Source: Paraspadella gotoi (lineage: Eukaryota > Animalia > Chaetognatha). Taken from it: a stretch of DNA of 64,000 bases. Positions 1 through 18,193 of the stretch are shown here, piece by piece. The stretch's first letter is position 1. Each line of letters opens with the position of its first letter. The translations under genes were made by a program, and so were the position numbers. The DNA lies in NCBI GenBank assembly GCA_051294375.1, contig CM119268.1, positions 22,819,427 through 22,883,426 on the forward strand, in the 5' to 3' direction. The notes under the pieces were generated by a model. The model had not been told where the DNA came from. It worked only from the letters and a program-made list of their open reading frames with translations, and made no database searches.

Positions 1-309
1 TTACTGTCGAAATAAATTAAACTGTATGCAAAATTTCGTTAATGATTAAAACCGGAATTGGTTCAACTATGTGGCAATCTCTTACTTCTTATTTTCTTTT
101 CCCGTCTTCTCTTTCAGCTTTTTCTTTTTTCTTTTTTCAATCTTTAGTTAGGAAATTATAGGGAGCGCGTAAATTCACTAACTTTGATGTGAGGTTAAAA
201 TGTTATGCAATAACTAAAATATCTATTTTATTGTATTTCAATTTAACCTTAATTAGTAAAGTTGTGAAGTTAATTTCTCAATGAGAGGAATGATTCCCCC
301 CCCCCGCAG

Positions 310-3300
310 TAAATTTCTCTCACAATTCCCACATTGTATCCATCACTTTCATCGGTGAGCTTTTCGAATGAACTACAAGGCTTCGCAGCTTATCACTTTT
401 TCTTAGTCAAATTTGTATTTAAGAAATTTCATTTTAGCTTTAGTCGCATCGCCAGTAAATTTGATTTCTCCTAATTACTTAATTTTAAAACGTCCTTGAT
501 TTCTCCCCAGGACTCGTGAGCGGCCTGAGCGAGGGTTTCGCTTGGCTCAAAGGATCGCGCAACAACCTCAACTCCAATTACAACGTGACGTGCGAACCCA
601 TCCACCGTCCCGCTCATCTCCAGCACTACGACCCAGCCGGGCTGCCCCCAGCCACGCCGCGTAACCTTTACACGCCGCAGCCGCCGAGATTGGAGCCGTA
701 TACGCCCAAGATCATGGTCTCTAATCAGGGAAACGCTCACGACGGCGGCTCGCTGAAAAGGTTTTCATTGAAAGATTAGTGAATTAAATAATTAAATTGA
801 TTATATCTCATTAAATTCTAATGAATGTTATTAAATGGTATTCCAGACGCGCTGCTTTAATTGGAAACTTGACGAATTCTCCTCTTCTGCCCGTGACTCC
901 GTCCGTTAAAGGCCGGCCTCATACCGCCAATGCCTCTCCTCTCTTGCCTTCCAGACAATCCAGGTGAGCAGCGAGTTTGAAATGTAATTTTTTTTTTAAT
1001 AAATTGTAATTTTAAATTGACTTTTAATATTTTTGTTAATCTCTTTTTTCTCCTTTTAAAATCCCCTCCATAGTCTCTAGCTTGTGGTAAAATCAGAGGG
1101 AAATTAGTATGTATTTTTAGAAGGATAATCCCATGCAAAGGACTTTTATTTAATATAATTTACGTATTGAGGTAGAACATGCTTCTGCATTATTTAGTTT
1201 TATAGAGGCCAAGTGCGCCAGGAGTTTTTTTTATGTGAAAACCAAATCTTTATTTACAATAATCCGTCACGAATAGACGGCGTCATCGGGGCCACCACCA
1301 AGACGCTCCCATCTTGTCCGTCAGCGACGCCATAAAACACAAGCGCAACTCTTCCGGCGGACGGATCGAGGGATCCAAGTCGAAGCCTCGAAGTCCCGAC
1401 GCCGACGCCGAAACGTCAGCCGAAGAGATCAAAGTGGGAAAGCAAAGACGCGCTCGTTCCCTGATCAAAATTTTGGGCAACAGCTTCAGATCAGAGGTGA
1501 GATCCCGACCCTGACGTCCCAATCGTTCCGTCGCTCCGTAACGCGAGCTTTTTTGCTTCGCCGCTTCGCTAGGAGAACCTGACGACCTCGAAGAGCGACG
1601 TCTCCGTCAATAACACTTCGGTGGATTCCGCGTCGAGCCTCGGTTCGAAACTGAGAAAGAGTGGATTCTTCAATCGAAGTCGGAGACACAATAAGCATCC
1701 GTCGTCGCCGGCGGGAACCACTTTCAAGAAGAGAAACAAAGAGGGTGAGTTCGAACCTGGGAGAATTACCGTCTTGAATTTAATTTTACTCATTGAGATT
1801 GATTATACTTTTTTTTAATTGCAAAAAATAAATTTCATATTAAAATGAAAGAAGTGTGACGAAAATAAAAGTTTTGTTCATGATTATTAAATAGAATGGA
1901 GTTCATATGGTGGCAGCAGTAGCATATGCAATCTCCACTTCGTTTCTCATGTGCTTAATCGAGATTAAAATATGTTAGTTCATAGTTATGATAATCATTT
2001 TATTTGTTCAGACAACGATTCCACCCACGGACTAAGAGCAACGCGAAGTAGTGACGATTTGATGGGTGAAGACGAAGATGGAGGTAATGTATACAATTTT
2101 CTTTTTTCTTTTTTCCTTTCTTTTCATTTTCAGTCCTGCTTTGTCAGATCCGGTATTTTAGCTTTGAACGGTTGCTCTTTTCACCCAGGCATGGTCTCTA
2201 TCGGCGACCAGGCGTCCTCCCTCTCAACTCCCGCCTGTCTAGATGGCGTGGAATTTTTCTCCAACGTCGTTTCCGCCGACGACGACGTCGAAACCACGAA
2301 ATCGTCGATGGAGGAAGAAGAGGATGATGTGGGCGTGGCGCCGATGCCGGTGGCAGAGGAAATCAACTTGGTTAACAGGTTGGATTTGTGAGATGCGAGG
2401 CTGATGGAGTGACCTAGTTAATGATCCTTTTGTAATCATTTCGACTTTGCCAGATCTCAAGATGGGTAAATATTTGATTTATTCAATCCCGTGTTGGTAG
2501 TAGTTTAGCCAACCCTATATTAATTTGTTGTTTATATGCGGTAGACAGATGGTTGTGGGAAAAAAAATGTTTGAAAACAGTGCTGCTGCAGTTAATCTTT
2601 CAATTAATTCAATACCCTATTATATGCTTAATTATCTTCCATGTCATGATAAAACATTGTTTTCGACTTAGTTGAAGAAATTTATCTTCATTTTCCAGGT
2701 TCCTCATCGGGTTAGAAGATATGGAGGGAACAATATCATTGTCACCAGCTCCAAACGGTTCTGGCAGAAAACCTTGGCTCAATCCCGCGATCCCACCTGG
2801 TTGCATCCAAACGCCTGGCAAGGGACAAATCATGTCCTATCTCACGAAAATGTCTGGAATAAATGGTGGGTATCGCTAAATTTTTAGTTTTTATGTTAGG
2901 GGGCGAATGATGATGAATGAATGATGATTTTGATTGATTTGATTTATTATGCTCAAAATGTGAAATCTTCACGAAAGTTTCTTCCCGACATTATGTTTAA
3001 GGGTAATAGATCCTTACGAAGAATGCTTTAATTACCAGGCTAATAAAATTGATAGTTCGGTCTTTACACCCTGTAGTCCTGTTAACGTTTTACAGAATCG
3101 GAAGATACGACAGAAGAGATGCATCCACGACGACGCATAATCGAATCCGGTTTTCAATCTTCTTATTCGCGAAAATCAACAGATGTCGTGGTCAGTTTGT
3201 TACTTTGAATCCGTTTGTAATATTTATAATATCGCAGCACGTCTACTTTTAATCCTCTCCCCAGTCTTCTCCCGGTTTCGGACAGTATTTCCTCCCACGA

Positions 3301-5062
3301 ACTCCGGGCAGCTCCGCCGGGTCTCCCTGCGGCGTGACGCGGCGCCGCAGCCTCAGCGAGGGCGACATGGACGCCATCTTCGCCTTCGCTCGCGTCTCCG
3401 GTCTCAAGCGCGGGAAACCCAACTCGCAGCAGGTCTGTTACTGTAAGGGATAACCTTATCATTTATTGTGAAATTATATTGAGTTATTAAATCTCATTTT
3501 CATATTGATTGAAGCATTTAGGGGAAATATAAATAACCTTTATTCATGTTTACTGATAAGATTCTTGTTTGTCGTAATGCCATTTTCGATTATGTTAATA
3601 TTTTAATATTTTCTGAAGGCTTGTATTCAAAGCCGAAACATGTCCGTTTCTAAACTGAAATAAAACAAATCGTTGTCACAAACAAATCAAACTTATTCCT
3701 GCAAATATTTTTTAAAAATAATTAATTCTTAATTAAATCATCATCTCCATTAGATTAACATTAACATTAACATTTCTCCAGGTCGGCCTCATGTCACCAC
3801 TTCTCGTGGACGAGAAACGTCGGAGCTGGCGAGGCAGTCTGTCCGGGATGCACAAGCTGGAGGAGGACGTCTACGGGGAGAGCGAAAAGGGAACCGAAGA
3901 AAGCGAAATGGGAGGAGACGTCGAGAAAGAAGTAGGCGACGTCGACGATCCGTTCGAAGAAGACGGCGGAACCGTGAAGGCGGAGGCGAAAGGCGCCTCC
4001 CATCGATTCCGCGACGGAATGAAAGATTTGGCCGATCGATATCACGAGATGGAGGTGGAGATGGAGGAAGAGGCGAGGAGTCGATGTGGGGGAGAAGAAG
4101 AGGAAGATGGAGAATCCATCCAAGTCGGCGACGTCAGCGGACAGACCCTCACCAGCGCCAGCAGCTACGCCAGTTTGAGAAGCGACGCCAGCAAGAGCAG
4201 TCTGCACAGTGTACACAGTCACGACGGGTCCGTTCTGAAAGGCGAAAGCGACGAAAGTCTTGGCGAACCGTCGAAACTTGCGGAAAGGATCGTCGAGGAG
4301 AGTTCGTCGCAGGAGGCGGAAATGAAGATCGAAACCGTGGAGGACAACTCTTCGCTCCTTCGCGCCATCGAGGAGCATCTCAGAGCAAATCGACTCATGG
4401 ATTCGGGAGACGTCATCGCCAACGTGGAAGTGCTCGAGGAGGACGGGGACGGCGACGACTCGGCGTCGAACCAGGAAGGCCTTACGATCCTCGTGAACAA
4501 TGTCGAGACGAGCGGCGTCGAAGCGAATAAAGCGTCGGACGATGTAGAACAAGAGGAGAAAAAGGGGAGGAAAGTGAAGCGAAGGAAGAGTTTGAAGGAA
4601 GCAAACATCACCGTGACTAAAGGGACTCACGGAGTCTTGGAGAGAACGAAAATGTTGTCAAAGGTTCCTAGTCGTTGACTGTTGAGTTTAAATCGTTCCA
4701 AATACCTTAGGTTTAACTAAATGTTTATTCAGATTCCCGACGTTCAGTTGCAACCCGTTTCGCCGATCGCTCCTAAAACGGCTTCTGCGCTTCTATGTGG
4801 GCGTGTCTTAGAATCCGGTGAATAGGAAGCCGTTTCTTTAAATAAATAAATCAATCAATCAATAAATGTATAACTCATAACAAAGAAATGTATAACAAAC
4901 GGAACTTGTTAATCGCAGAGGAAGAAAAGCGACGAATCAAACGCGGATCCGTGTCCAATCTCCAAGGCAGCGGAAAAGTGGCTCAGCGCGTTGCAAGATT
5001 CCAACAAATCTCCGCCAGCAACACCGACAAATTCGTTAAAAAGTACTGAGAGAGAGAGAGAT

Positions 5063-5118
<56 letters not shown>

Positions 5119-5810
5119 TAAGAATGAGAAAACAAATGAGTCATTCCGTTTATTTAATCTTCAGATCGACCCTCGCCGCGATCCAATCCCGCGAATCCAA
5201 CCTTCCGCGCATGCGCACAGAATCTCGTCCTTCGCCATCGAAATCTCGTCCGACGGCAGCGGCGCTTCATGTTAAGGCTTTGACGAGTCGTTCCACTCCT
5301 CAACAACGTCGTCCGTGTCTGCCCGTCGCCGCCGGGTCGATGGTCCGCCCTGTCGCCGAACAATTAAGCGGGGGCGGCGAAGGCGGCGTTGGAGATGACT
5401 CTGACGCTGGATCGAAATCGCGCCAGGGACCCGCCGCCGCCTCAGCTGCAGCAGCAGCAGCAAAACCTCATTTCTTGCCCTCGGTGCCTTCGGTTAAAAA
5501 TCGGTCTGGAAGGGCCACGCCTTCCTCTTCATCTATCCCCGTGTATTCTCGAAAATTCCAGTCGCCCGTGAGAGACGCTGCTTTGAAGGATCAAACCAAC
5601 GTGCGAGAAGAACCCACGACGAAGGCGGCGGGGGCGCCGTCGATCGAGCTGCTCGACGCCGGGCGAGAGAAAGCGGGCGGCGGCGGCGGTCAGAAGCGTC
5701 AACTCGGGGACAAAACTGTCGAGCCGGGTTCTTTGTCTCCGAGAAAATCTCCGAAGCCGAACGTGGATTGTGGAAGCGTTGGGTCCGATTCTGCTCAACT
5801 CGACCTCTGA
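310..5810 (+). CDS. Multi-exon gene for a long Ser/Arg/Glu-rich, largely disordered protein of unknown family; 5' end probably lies upstream of the window
   Basis: Phase-consistent GT-AG exon chain (approx. 310-354, 511-761, 848-963, 1277-1496, 1573-1744, 2012-2083, 2189-2378, 2454-2465, 2699-2865, 3096-3191, 3265-3432, 3782-4663, 4734-4817, 4919-5042, 5165-5810) keeps one open frame ending ...SAQLDL*. No recognisable folded domain in the window. Confidence 0.6.
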
Positions 5811-6331
5811 AAAAAAAAAAAAAAAAACTCCGTCCAAAATTGCGGAAGGAAATATTAATATGTCAACAGTTGAAAATGTGGAGGTGCCTTAGAATGCGCG
5901 ATTCATTGTTGAATTTAAAACTCGGATGATCGTCGTTTGTTTTTCTCTGGTATTGTTTTTGGTTTTTTTTTTATGTTTTTTTTTTTTCAAAGTTGTCGGA
6001 ATCTTGTTTTTATTATACAGAAATGTAACCATGTTGTGATTTCCCAGTTAATTGCCTTTGCTCAATCATTCCGTTTATGAATTTTGTCTCAAACAGAATC
6101 TTTTTCTCCATTTTTGCAACGATTTCTCAAAGGTATTTGTTTAAAAAAACTCGTTGTCAAAGTATTTCCAAGAAATCCTAGTTTCCTCTCCCTGGATTTG
6201 GACGCCGTTATATATTGCTTTTTAATTCTGAACTTTATTAGAATTTTCTTGTTTATCTCTTTTACTTTTTTTAAGACATTTTGTTTTGAAAACCATTTTG
6301 TTTAGTACCACATACATTTCTAAAAAGGAAA

Positions 6332-7087
6332 ATGCCTAAATATTATTGCGATTACTGCGACACTCATCTCACTCACAACTCACCGTCTGTGAGAAAAACC
6401 CATTGCGGAGGTCGAAAGCACAAGGACAATGTTAGGATGTATTATCAAAACTGGGTCGAAGAGCAGGTAATATTAATACATATTAGTAGTTACTAGTTAG
6501 TATTATTTTTAAAAGTCCCTTTCTTTCCTAAGCTGTTACTGTTTTTTTAAAAAATAAACTATTGCAGATCTTTGGGTATGCCTCGCCGACGCTATTCCAT
6601 TTTATAACTTCCATGTGTCATGGCACGTTTTAAATAAGTTTTTAACATTGAGAAAAATATTCCTATTAAGTATTATCCATTAAATATAGCTAAAAGCTTT
6701 TTTCCAACCGTTTTTTCCATCAAACAGGCACAGCACGTAATAGACGCGGCAACCAAGGCCTACAAGGCCGGGAAAATAGGGCCTTTCCCTGGCGGGCCGA
6801 CCATCGGACCCCGCGGCGCCGCCATCCCGCCTCCTCCCGGTGGATTCGACAAACTCCGTGGTCCTAGACCCATGGGTCCAGGCATGGGTCCGCCGGGAAT
6901 GATGAGACCTCCTCCGGGAATGATGGGACCTCCGGGCATGATGCCTCCCATGGGATTCGGTCCTATGGGATTCCGACCCCAAATGGCCGGCGGGCCTCCG
7001 GGACCCGGGGGCCCTGGTGGACCCTGGGGCGGACCTCCTGGCGGACCGGGCATGCGACCACCGATGCCGCCGCCCATGAACCGATAA
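6332..7087 (+). CDS. SNRPC: U1 snRNP protein C
   Basis: Exons 6332-6466 and 6728-7087. [34 protein letters not shown] is the U1-C zinc finger, followed by a Pro/Gly/Met-rich tail. Confidence 0.95.
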
Positions 7088-7312
7088 ATTAGAGGGGGAG
7101 ACTTTCTTCTTTTAAACTAATTCAAATTTTCTTCGTATTGATTATAGATATTCAATTATTCATTATTCATACAAGTTCCCCCCCCCCCATCCATTTCCCG
7201 TTGTCTTTTGTCTTATGTAAATAACGAGAGAAAAAAAATTATCTTCGTTTTCCAGAAAAGACTTAAATGTAGTGAAGGAAATTTAAAGACAAATTCGACC
7301 GTGAAAGGATAA

Positions 7313-9076
<1,764 letters not shown>

Positions 9077-10713
9077 AGTCGGCGCCTGGATTGGGGGGCG
9101 GAGGGGGGGGCAAGGATTTTCGCGACGAAAAGAGGAGAGTGGCAAATTTGAATGGTGATTCTGGGGAGTTTCGTTTCCCATCAAATGTTGTGGCCGATAA
9201 TGTTTTTTTTTGTTTTTGTTTTTGCCCACTGAAAAAGCCTTACAAAGAAACAATACTTCCTACTCTATTATTCTCTTCTCTCCTGTTTTTTTTTTCTCCT
9301 ATTACTTTGAAAGAAAACTATTCCCAAATCTCGCGGCCTCAGTGTCTCTCTTTGCTTTCGGAACATAAAAAAACCCGATAAAGATGATGATGATTGATGA
9401 TGATGATGATGTTTTAGAGATTGTGACACAATTTGTGTGGTTCATCTGGCTTTGACACTCTTTTTCCTTTTTTGATTTTTTTTTTTTTTTAACTTTAGGT
9501 TCCAAGGATTTATTAGCAAATTGATCTTTATTTCCGCCTCTATACATAACGATTCGCTGCTCGATTAAATGACGCCCAGATCTACCTTCAATTCTGAGCG
9601 GCGTCGATTACGCCGATTACCGACGCCGGTTGACGATCCTCTCCGGCGACGAATCTTGACGAATCCTCCTTTCGGCTTCGGTTCTTTTTTTTTTTTTTAA
9701 TTCGTTTAGTGGGAAAAAAAAATTATACGCATAGTTCTCCCCCGTTTTTATATACATATATATTTTTCTCCCTGAGCTATGGTGACAGTTTTTTTTTAAC
9801 ATCATTGGTTAACGATTCCTGCTCTTTTTTTATCCTTTAATTAATGAAATCGTGATTTTTTCTTTTTTTGGTGAAGAAAAAAAGAGTTTTTTTTTGTCTC
9901 TTTTTCTTTTTTTCCTTTTCAACTTATGCCCCAAATTTTTTTTGCTCCGTTATTTTGTTGGTGTCAACTGGAATAAGGGGGGCCCTTGGGGGGGGTGAGT
10001 GTCTTGAATCGCTCCCTTTTATTTTTATCTCTCTTAATAATGTACTTCTATTTATTGAGCCGAAATGTAATACGTAGTCCTACAAATATTGAATATATAC
10101 AATTAACTGAACAGAAATTTAGATTTAGGTCCGAGTCTTTATTCGCTCGCGTAACCCGGGAAAAATGATATGTTAAGACAACTGTAGCTCTTTTTTGTTA
10201 TCCAGACTCGATTCCCACGTTTTACTGTATTTCCGAAACGCCGAAAAACGTTTAGGTGGGACGGATACCCTTTTTTTTTTCATGGATTTTTGTGATTTGG
10301 AAATTTAAATTTAAAAAAAAAAGTTTTTTGGTGTTGCTCTGTTATTGCCTTTTATTTTTTTAATCAGGTTTAATAAAAGTGTTTTTTTTTTTTCATTTAA
10401 CTACAATTTATATTGTTTGGCATCCGGCCCATCCTAACGACACGATTTCTTGATTTCTTGTTGACACGTGAATCTTCTTTTACGTTCTCAGATTTAGACT
10501 TTTCTTTCATGGAAAGAAGAGAAAAAAAAAGAAAAGAAAGAAAAAAGACTCGATAAGAAAATCGTCAGCCGAACTTTTTCTTCGTCAAATCTTTCTTTAC
10601 TCATTTTTTTTGTATTTTTTTTTTCTTTTTTCTTTTTCTTATTTTTTTTTATCTCACCGCCACCTGTTTGTTTTTTAATTTATTAGTCAAATTATAAAGC
10701 GCCACCTCCAAAA

Positions 10714-12606
<1,893 letters not shown>

Positions 12607-12616
12607 TAATGTTAAT

Positions 12617-12675
<59 letters not shown>

Positions 12676-14768
12676 CGTTATGGAACACCCGCTTTTTCTT
12701 AGATGTCTTTTCTTGAAGTTTTATTTTTTTTAACATCCTCATCACTTAAGTTTTTTCGAGTTTTGAATATTAATTTCGGAACTAAAAAAATAGATTTAAT
12801 AAAAATTAAAAAAAAAAAGAATAAAAAATGTTTTAAACTTTTCGGCCACAATGCGTTTAAAGGATTTTTTATGATAAACATCATGACGTCAGGAAAATAA
12901 ATAGTTAAACGAAAAAAAGGGAAAAATAACGAAGTAACCTCGTTTTATTTATTACGGCTAATCCTACAAACTACATACTATCTTTGTACTTAAAGATATT
13001 ATTTCTTTGATTTTTAAGTCTCTTTTTTTGGCTCTTATTCCATTTTTTATTGCGATGATAGAATAAAAAAAGGAAAATCGGATGGATGACTGAATTCACT
13101 ACATAAACGTTATAATTTTATTTACCACTTTTCTAATATTTCTTTGTTTCGCATATATGATATATAAATAAAAATATGGTTTTCAATGCACATTAGAAAA
13201 AAGGGAAGAATTATAGCGAAATCCTCCTTTTATTTTAAACAGACTAATTTTGTTGTGGAGGGAATGAGTCAATTGTTTTTTGTTTTTTTTAGTAAACTTT
13301 CTCCGCCATTTACTGTTAATTATGTTTGTAAAAGATAAATTCAATGTAGCTTCGTATTTTTCGTGTCGTCGCCGATTTTCGTGAAATCCTCGTCCCAAAC
13401 GTTTTTTTCTTTTTTTTGTTTTTTGGTTTTTTTTTTTTGTTTTTTGGTTGGTTTTTTTTCGATGGGAAGGCAGGGGGCGCCTTGCCGTCGTCAAACGTTT
13501 TAATCTAGTTTTGATGTTTTGCATGAAAGTCGCTTTTTAATTCCAAAACCCGAAATGTGAATCAGTTTTCGTTGAGAGAGAATTTAAATTCGATATGATT
13601 AATGGGAACCTGGAAGGGGGGGGCGGGAAAAGGAGAATCGTTATCAATTTTCCGGGGGGGGGATTTTATTTTCTTCAAAATTCTGATTATTTTTGCCAAA
13701 AATAAATATTTTCTTGTTTAGTTTTAAATTTAACAATTGATGCTACGTAGTGTGCGGCCTTCGAGTTTGTATGTTTGTCCAGAGGAAGAATCAATAAATT
13801 TAATTATATCTTGTAATTTAAAGATTGCGGACTCGATCGTCACCCAAATCTAGAATTCCCTTTATTTTTTTTCCCCAAATACCCACACAGCTCTATCTCT
13901 CTCTCTCTTTAATTTCTTTGTTATAGTCTCGTCTTTTGCATCATAACGTAGTAAGCCATGACGCGTTCAACAAAAACAAAACAAAAAAAAAAACAAGCAA
14001 AATCCTGTCCCTGTAAACGTCGTGTCTTAACGCCTCATGGTAGTATTTTTACCTGGCATATCAATAAATGTCTCGAGCAAAACCATAAAAAAATAAAACG
14101 ATGTAGTATTTGTATTTCGTCCACTGAAATCATCGAATGACGATTTGGTGTCTCTTTCTAATTCGGCTCAAGCCGCTGGTCATCTGGAGCCGATGAATTC
14201 TTTTTGGGGGGAAAGGGGGAGAGTCTTGGGTTTTGACTTTTTTGGAGAAATTCATTTTCCGTTTAATAAAAACTATGGCTTCCGTTTTTTGTCGACGGAA
14301 CACGAATAATTCCGTAATCGGGGAAAAAAATGATTAATTATTTAATTCAAAATTCTATCGTCGAAATTTTTTTTTCTTTTTGTTTAGGGAATTAGAATTG
14401 ATAAAAAAAAGAACCCAGGGACTACGGGTTGGGTTTTTTTTAATGTTAATTCGATGATGAAGATGAATGTTTATGACCTTTGACAGGAATACTCTGCGTC
14501 CCCTTTTTGACGCTAGAGGACTTTTAAAGTGGGCGTCGTCGACGGGCGGCTCGATTAAGACGACGACGCCGACGACAAGAACCTCCACGGAAAAAAACTG
14601 AAGAAACACTTTTTTTTTGTTCGACGGAGATTTTGTTTCGCTCTCAAAAAAATTCTACGAACGGTCAAAACAAAGTAACTCAAAACTGGGAATTAAAGAC
14701 GATCAAAACAGCAGCGAAACAAAAAAACTTAAAAAAAAAACAAAAACAAAAAAACAAGAACCCCAAAA

Positions 14769-16196
14769 ATGGGTTCTCTCGAAGGCCTCTTTTCAAACGT
14801 TTTGGCGGCCATCGACGTCGATCTTGATTTTCCCCTCGATCGGTGAGTCAATTGAGTGATTGGAGATGGAAACAAGGAATGTGACGGGGGGGGGGGAAGA
14901 TATCGGAGAAGCGGATGATCGGAAATCTTTGGTCATGTGATCATACTTTTAATTTTCTGCCCACCAACTTGGACTGGCCAATGGCCATAGACAAAAGTCG
15001 TTCGCGCTGGGTAGCGAAATTGTATTCTATCCTCTACTAGAATTGATTCAATTCGCCACCTTCCGCTTCCTCCTCTTCGATGCCCCCGACCTTCTCTCCC
15101 TCTTCTCTCTTTCCCCTCTTCTCACTTCTCTCTCTCCCCTCTTCTCTCTCTCCCTCCCCCCCCCAGACTTTGTCGTCGCATCGGGACTTTCCTTCCGGTC
15201 GCCTTCGCCGGATTCCTTTTGGCCTCTCAGTTCGCGGATCCGATGCGATGCTACGTCACGTCCGAGTCGGAACCAGAGTCAAGGTGATCGTCCACGGTCG
15301 TTTCTCAATGATGAAAGAATTTCATTGAGACATTATTCCGATTGAGTGACAGTCAAAATATTGAACTGAATTTTTTTTTTTTTTTTTTTTTTTTTTGAAG
15401 GTTTTTAGAGTTCCTACTGTCGCACGGCTCCTTCCTTCATTCTTGGGGGATTCTCGTCGACCGGAAATAGCTCGAACACAGACCACAACATTTTGTGGGC
15501 TTATTTCAGGTCACACAAACGCCACGTTGTGATTAAGTTTAGATCTAAGATTATTAACTGGAAAACCTCTGACAACCTATGGCCCCTCACCTCTTTCCAC
15601 CAGATATTTTCCCATGCTGCTGCTCTTCCAGGCCTTCGTGACTTACATCCCCTACATCGTCTATTACGCCCTGACTCACTCTGTGATCTACCCTGTACTT
15701 AACGAGGCTCAGGACATGATCAAGATCACCTCCTTCGACATCACTCCCGAGAAGGAGCACGAGGAGCTCGTCCGTGAGTCGCTTGATTATGATGAATTGA
15801 AATAAAATGAATTGAATTATAAATAAGTATATAATTAAAATGAAATTATTAGTGAAAGAAGAGGTGGACAACGGAAACGACGTGACTCGGAGACGAAAAC
15901 CGATCGATCGTCAAGAGTCGAAAACGATCAACGTGACCCCGGACGAAGACGTCGTCGCGATACTTCAGGTTTTTTAAGTCGCAGTCGCTCGTCCAGATGC
16001 GCTTCAGGGATAAGGTTATTATTTTTCCTACTGTCTATAAAAAAAAACAAAAAACCAGGCGAGTCTCGAACGCCGCCTCCAAGTCCGCATGAACATCTTC
16101 GTCATGCATCGTCTCTACGGCATCAGGGGTCAGGGCATCCACCGCAAATACATCTGGTGCAATGTCTTGGGTCGATTGCTCATTGTTTTCATTGGT

Positions 16197-16240
<44 letters not shown>

Positions 16241-17046
16241 CTGATTGACTCAAAAATGATCTCTGACTCTCTAGAACTGGGCTTCCTCCTCCCGCTCTTT
16301 TGGTCGGGATTTCCGTCCTACGTCCGATGCGACGTCAACAACGCGACGGTTCCGGGCGTCGAAGCCGACGCCTACAAGGAGCCTCTCTACTGCACCATCC
16401 CGACTTCGAGTTACTCCAGAGTCATCTTCCTCATCGATCTGGTGAGAGGCTTGAGGTCGTTGGAGAATGGAGATTAGTTTATTTCGACGAGGAAACTACA
16501 TATTATGGACAGATTGTAAAATATAAGTTTACAGTGCTAGTTGAAAGTGTACTCTTTTTAAATCGATATTCGAATTGAAAAAATGATTTTAATCGGCAAA
16601 TTGATTACTAAAATTTAACGTATAAATATATAAATAACTTACTCGCGCGAATAATTTAGTTTTCATCGAATAATGTCGCCAGAATATTATATTGTTTTCA
16701 ACTCATTCCATAAAACACACTTGAAACGAGAATCTTTAATACAACAATATGCAAATTAGATTTAAAAACTCCTTCCATCCCCATTGGAAAGATGGTCGTT
16801 GTCGCCCTTCCCCTCGTCTCCATCATCCGCTACGCGACTTACATCTCCGCGGGATTCGAAGCCGACGTCAAAGAAGCGGAAGTCTTCGTCGAGGGAGACC
16901 GAAAGACTTTCTACTTTGATTTCCTCGACACGCTGCTCTCCTCCAAGACGGACGACGTCGTGCTGCTGCTGGCGCTGCTCTACGCCAACGTGGACAAGTA
17001 CACGACTCACAAGATCCTCCTCACCTTCGCCAACCTCACCAACTGA
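14769..17046 (+). CDS. Divergent innexin/pannexin-superfamily four-TM channel
   Basis: Exons approx. 14769-14842, 15167-15283, 15401-15509, 15604-15773, 15853-15968, 16059-16194, 16275-16441, 16792-17046. Motifs DFPLDR, TM1-DPMRCY...SYC, YFPMLLLFQAFVTYIP, FPSYVRC...CTIP, DDVVLLLALLYAN. Two Cys per extracellular loop. One apparent extra base near 15411. Confidence 0.75.
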
Positions 17047-17705
17047 GGAGGAGGACGAGTTTATTCTTTCTTTTTTCTTTTCTTCTTTTTTCTTTTTTCA
17101 AATGAATTTTTTTAATTTTCGAATTTCCCCGCGGGAATTTTCTATGCTTTTTATACCAAAAAGATCTGATTGAGAAATCTCGATATTAATTGATTGCTAC
17201 ATTCTTTGCCTGAGATTACCAGTTATACTGTTGTAGTTGAGATAAGAATTAACTCGCCTTCGAAGGAGCTCTTATTTCCGTTACCACGTTTTCCTACCAA
17301 CGTGATGTTTTGAATGCAAAAGTCCATTTTTGGTTTGACAAATAAATGTAAAATTGGTTTACAAGTTACTGGTTATATTCCTTGTACATTTTCGACCTAA
17401 CTTTATCTTTAGTTATTATAAGAAGGCTTTCTTTTTCCTTCTGCTTGCTTTGATTAGTCATTACTTCCGCTTGGTTGATAATGAATCAGGGGAGGGAGTG
17501 TTCTCCTTTTACTTACATAGTTTTTCTATCAATGCCAAAAAAAAACCAATTTTTGCAGTTGATTGACGTTTATATTTATTTCTCTTTTATTTTTTTTCTA
17601 AAAGCAGATGTAAATGTAAGAGCGGCCGCTGATTTCCGCCCCCAAAAACCCGCCTCAATTCCGCCACGCCCACTTCCCTCTTCCCCCCTTCACAAAAAAA
17701 AGTCG

Positions 17706-18138
17706 ATGCCGTCCTACGCTTCAACGAACCTGGCGGCGGCGGGCGGAACTCAATTGACGGCGTCGTCTTCGATCGTGTCCAACCTTGGACCGCGCCACGC
17801 CCTCCCCGGCGCGCGTAACATGGACTTTTGGCTGGCCAACGCCGAGGCGCCGGGATGGCTCTGCGCGGAGTTCGACGCGCCGAGGGTCGTCGGCAGGGTG
17901 CAGGTCACCATGTTCAAGGGACATAGCGAAGGATGTAATTTTAAGGTGCGTCAAATTTGACGAGCATAGCCTAAATTTGTTAATTTGATTTTTTGTCTGT
18001 GTGTATGTTAGTGAATGTTATTGAATCAAATCTCTCTTAATAGTTTTTTTTTATTTTCCTTTATACTTTTTTCTCTTTCTCTTTTACTTAATCCTCCTTT
18101 CTTGCCTAAATTGTCTTCCTTCCCCTCTCTTTCTCCCC

Positions 18139-18193
<55 letters not shown>

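Noticed and set aside
3794-4630. Long antisense ORFs (also 26584-27099, 30515-31033 and 63479-63997)
   Set aside because: These are shadows of GC-rich coding exons on the opposite strand, with no independent splice signals.
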